DNA of 64,000 nt, taken from the NCBI GenBank assembly GCA_965215565.1, contig CBDCDZ010000004.1, forward strand, positions 64,001 through 128,000. The letters are read 5' to 3'. A program made the position numbers and the translations under genes. The notes beneath the pieces were generated by a model. The model was given only the letters and a program-made list of their open reading frames with translations. It did not search any database and was not told where the DNA came from. The DNA is from Trueperaceae bacterium (GTDB lineage: Bacteria; Deinococcota; Deinococci; Deinococcales; Trueperaceae). This document shows positions 60,462 through 64,000 of the stretch, piece after piece (the stretch's first letter is position 1; each line of letters begins with the position of its first letter).

Positions 60462-61103
60462 TCATGATTGGAACAACCTCGAGTACAAAAACGCCTGCTG
60501 ATGCGCCCGAACATCGAGTGCCGGGGTTGCCGAGAAGAGGTTGGCGTGTGGGTCTTCTAGTATGCGCTCCACGGCTTTGACTATGTCCGGTTGCAAACGG
60601 GTCAAAATCTCCTGCGCCTGCTCGGGGCTCAAGGGCATACAGCGCGTAGCTGCCGCTAGGGAAGAGGTCAGGGTGGATTGTGCGAAGGCGAGCAAGAGAG
60701 GTTGGCGCTCAATCTCTAAACGCTGTCCAAGTGCGCCTAAGGCGACAGCGTGATGAGGCTGGGTGAGTTCGAAGTCCAGTACTTGTGGATAGATTCGCGC
60801 CGCGAGCGTGAGGAGGCGTTTGCCGAGTTTGAGGCTGGTGTTTCTCAAGCCCGGAATGGGTTTCCAAGCCGTAACCTCCTGGCAGAGATCATTTAGCGTC
60901 GGTTCATCTTCTGCTGCAAAAGCGAGCGCACACGCCGCTAGGTCTAGGCGTCCGAAACCTAGCTCTAACTGCACGCTCAAGACTTCTTCCAAACCCTCCT
61001 TATCCAGCCCCATCTGCGCGTAGGTCTCCAAACCCGACGAATGCGCGAAGCTGCCGATGGGAAACCCAGAGTCGAAGAGTTGGAGGAGGGCGAGGTGATT
61101 CAT
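60462..61103 (-). CDS. ureF: Urease accessory protein UreF
   Basis: LQLFDSGFPIGSFAHSSGLE N-terminus and SRLFQS C-terminus. Confidence 0.95.
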   Translation of the reverse strand: MNHLALLQLFDSGFPIGSFAHSSGLETYAQMGLDKEGLEEVLSVQLELGFGRLDLAACALAFAAEDEPTLNDLCQEVTAWKPIPGLRNTSLKLGKRLLTLAARIYPQVLDFELTQPHHAVALGALGQRLEIERQPLLLAFAQSTLTSSLAAATRCMPLSPEQAQEILTRLQPDIVKAVERILEDPHANLFSATPALDVRAHQQAFLYSRLFQS

Positions 61104-61128
61104 AGGCTGCTCCAGGGAAGAGGTCCGC

Positions 61129-61458
61129 TTACAGATACTCTACAGTGCCCAACATGTCTTCGGACTCGAGCACAGTGTGAATGAGCATCAACCCACGGAT
61201 AACCTCACCGACGGGTAGCTGCTGAGAACCGTAAACAATGCCTGCGTGATTCGCCCCAGCCGCTGCTAAGCGCAGGAAATCGGCGTCTTGAGTAAACGTG
61301 ACATGTCCCTTCTTTAGCGCGAGTGCCAACTGCTCCTCATCGCTTGCGCCTAGCATATCGGCTTCGGGAACACTGAGGACATCGACGCCGCGCTGCCGTA
61401 GCCCATTGATGAGCGCTCGAGAGATGTTTTCATCGGTGTAATAGCGAATCTCACTCAC
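61129..61458 (-). CDS. DUF5615 PIN-like (VapC45/Mut7-C-like) toxin
   Basis: YYTDENI, GASDEE, FTQDADF, HAGIV. Confidence 0.85.
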   Translation of the reverse strand: MSEIRYYTDENISRALINGLRQRGVDVLSVPEADMLGASDEEQLALALKKGHVTFTQDADFLRLAAAGANHAGIVYGSQQLPVGEVIRGLMLIHTVLESEDMLGTVEYL

Positions 61459-61765
61459 GGCGCTGCGAGGACAGCTTCTTCTCTAACGCTGAGGGAGACT
61501 GCTGCTGTAACGCTTTGACAAGAGCAGCCTCCTCACGAATCTGCGCGTTGATCTCATCCTGATGACCAAAGTAGTAAGCCAAAGCTGCGTGGATTTCTGC
61601 CAAGCTCAGAGCGTATTCAGCGCTAATCTCATCGACGCTTTTGCCCATGCGTTCATACCAGATGACGATGTTTTGTACAGTGATTCGGTGACCCGTGATG
61701 CGAGGTTTCCCGCCGACGATACCGGGGGTGATGTCGATATACTTGTCAAGGACAGGAACGGTCAT
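61451..61765 (-). CDS. DUF433 antitoxin
   Basis: PGIVGGKPRITGHRITV...G.SVDEI..Y.LS..I.AALAYY; TATACT just upstream. Confidence 0.9.
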   Translation of the reverse strand: MTVPVLDKYIDITPGIVGGKPRITGHRITVQNIVIWYERMGKSVDEISAEYALSLAEIHAALAYYFGHQDEINAQIREEAALVKALQQQSPSALEKKLSSQRRE

Positions 61766-61815
61766 GGTTGAGTATAGCAGTTGGTGCATTGCCTTTCGTT
61801 TGAGCTTACAGATGT

Positions 61816-61885
61816 GTAGGTCTCCAAACCCGACGAATGCGCGAAGCTGCCGATGGGAAACCCAGAGTCGAAGAGTTGGAGGAGG
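61816..61885 (-). repeat. 70-bp exact duplicate of the ureF 5' coding region
   Basis: Identical to 61020-61089; lacks an ATG. Confidence 0.95.
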
Positions 61886-61894
61886 CGGAGGGTA

Positions 61895-62341
61895 TCAGTG
61901 GCTATGCTCCCCCGGCGGCTTCCCTCTAAACGGTCTTTGAGTGCGCTCAGCATGTAAGCCCTCTTTCTCCAACCGCTTCTCTAAAGGCATATTCCAGAGC
62001 GCAATCACCTGACCCGCTTGAACGTCGATATCGCGGTGCAAGTTGCCGATCAAGTGACCGACGAAGGCGGCTTGTTCAATATTCTCAGGCGTCACCACGA
62101 GCACCTCTTCGGGCGCGGCGGTGACGACGTAGGCTTTATCTCCCTCTACGTGCAGGGCGTGACCGACGTGTAAGGTGGTGCCGGTGGGTAGCTCGAGCGC
62201 AAATTCTTGCCCGTCACTCGCTGTGAGCCTGCGCCGCACCCGCTGGCGGTCTTCGCTGGTCATGGGGAGTTCGACGACTTCGTAATCATCGAAATGATGG
62301 AGGTGCGGCAGGGTTTGAATGCGAATCAGCGTGTCTTGCAT
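61895..62341 (-). CDS. ureE: Urease accessory protein UreE
   Basis: RQRVRRRLTASDG, GHLIGNLH, C-terminal HSH. Confidence 0.92.
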   Translation of the reverse strand: MQDTLIRIQTLPHLHHFDDYEVVELPMTSEDRQRVRRRLTASDGQEFALELPTGTTLHVGHALHVEGDKAYVVTAAPEEVLVVTPENIEQAAFVGHLIGNLHRDIDVQAGQVIALWNMPLEKRLEKEGLHAERTQRPFRGKPPGEHSH

Positions 62342-62359
62342 AAATCAACTCCTCTAGCA

Positions 62360-62382
62360 AACAAGGGGTTTCAACCCCTTGC

Positions 62383-62383
<1 letters not shown>
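62360..62383. repeat. REP-like palindrome (family D) between ureC and ureE
   Basis: AACAAGGGGTTTCAACCCCTTGCT. Confidence 0.7.
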
Positions 62384-63999
<1,616 letters not shown>

Positions 64000-64000
64000 G

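Noticed and set aside
61762..61953. 63-aa ORF containing the UreF N-terminal motif as a separate gene
   Set aside because: Explained by the 70-bp duplication; its start lies inside ureE in another frame.

Overview
GC-rich bacterial chromosome segment, most likely Deinococcota (Truepera/Deinococcus-like), judged from gene content, SRE-like repeats and -10 boxes sitting directly before start codons. In order along the window: the 3' part of an SF1 helicase-PLD nuclease gene; remnants of a cytochrome c/ccmF/multicopper-oxidase island collapsed by deletions; a sulfur-handling cluster (two YeeE/YedE, SulP, MBL-rhodanese, LysR) with CsoR/CstR-type operators; a dead IS5-family element and a degenerate vapBC; two inverted S8 lipoprotein proteases flanking cdaA-cdaR-def-fmt-der; prfB with an unusual CTT-TAA frameshift site; several single genes; a ~14 kb catabolic cluster of unknown substrate (CUT1 ABC importer, cupin, alpha/beta hydrolase, aldolase, HisD/HpsN-like dehydrogenase, LacI, SDR, two double SnoaL proteins, sarcosine-oxidase-like enzyme); vapBC; tRNA-Leu(TAA); a deleted ABC/LolA-like module; a three-gene lipoprotein cell-wall-lytic cassette (lysozyme-like+SH3, alpha-lytic-like protease+SH3, M23) opposite a membrane-anchored SARP/BTAD-ATPase regulator with phased heptamer repeats; and a urease operon with a DUF433/DUF5615 TA cassette between two identical 70-bp copies of the ureF 5' end. 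The best candidates for undescribed systems are the lytic cassette with its regulator and the SnoaL/HisD-like catabolic cluster. All family calls are motif recognition by eye; no database search was run.
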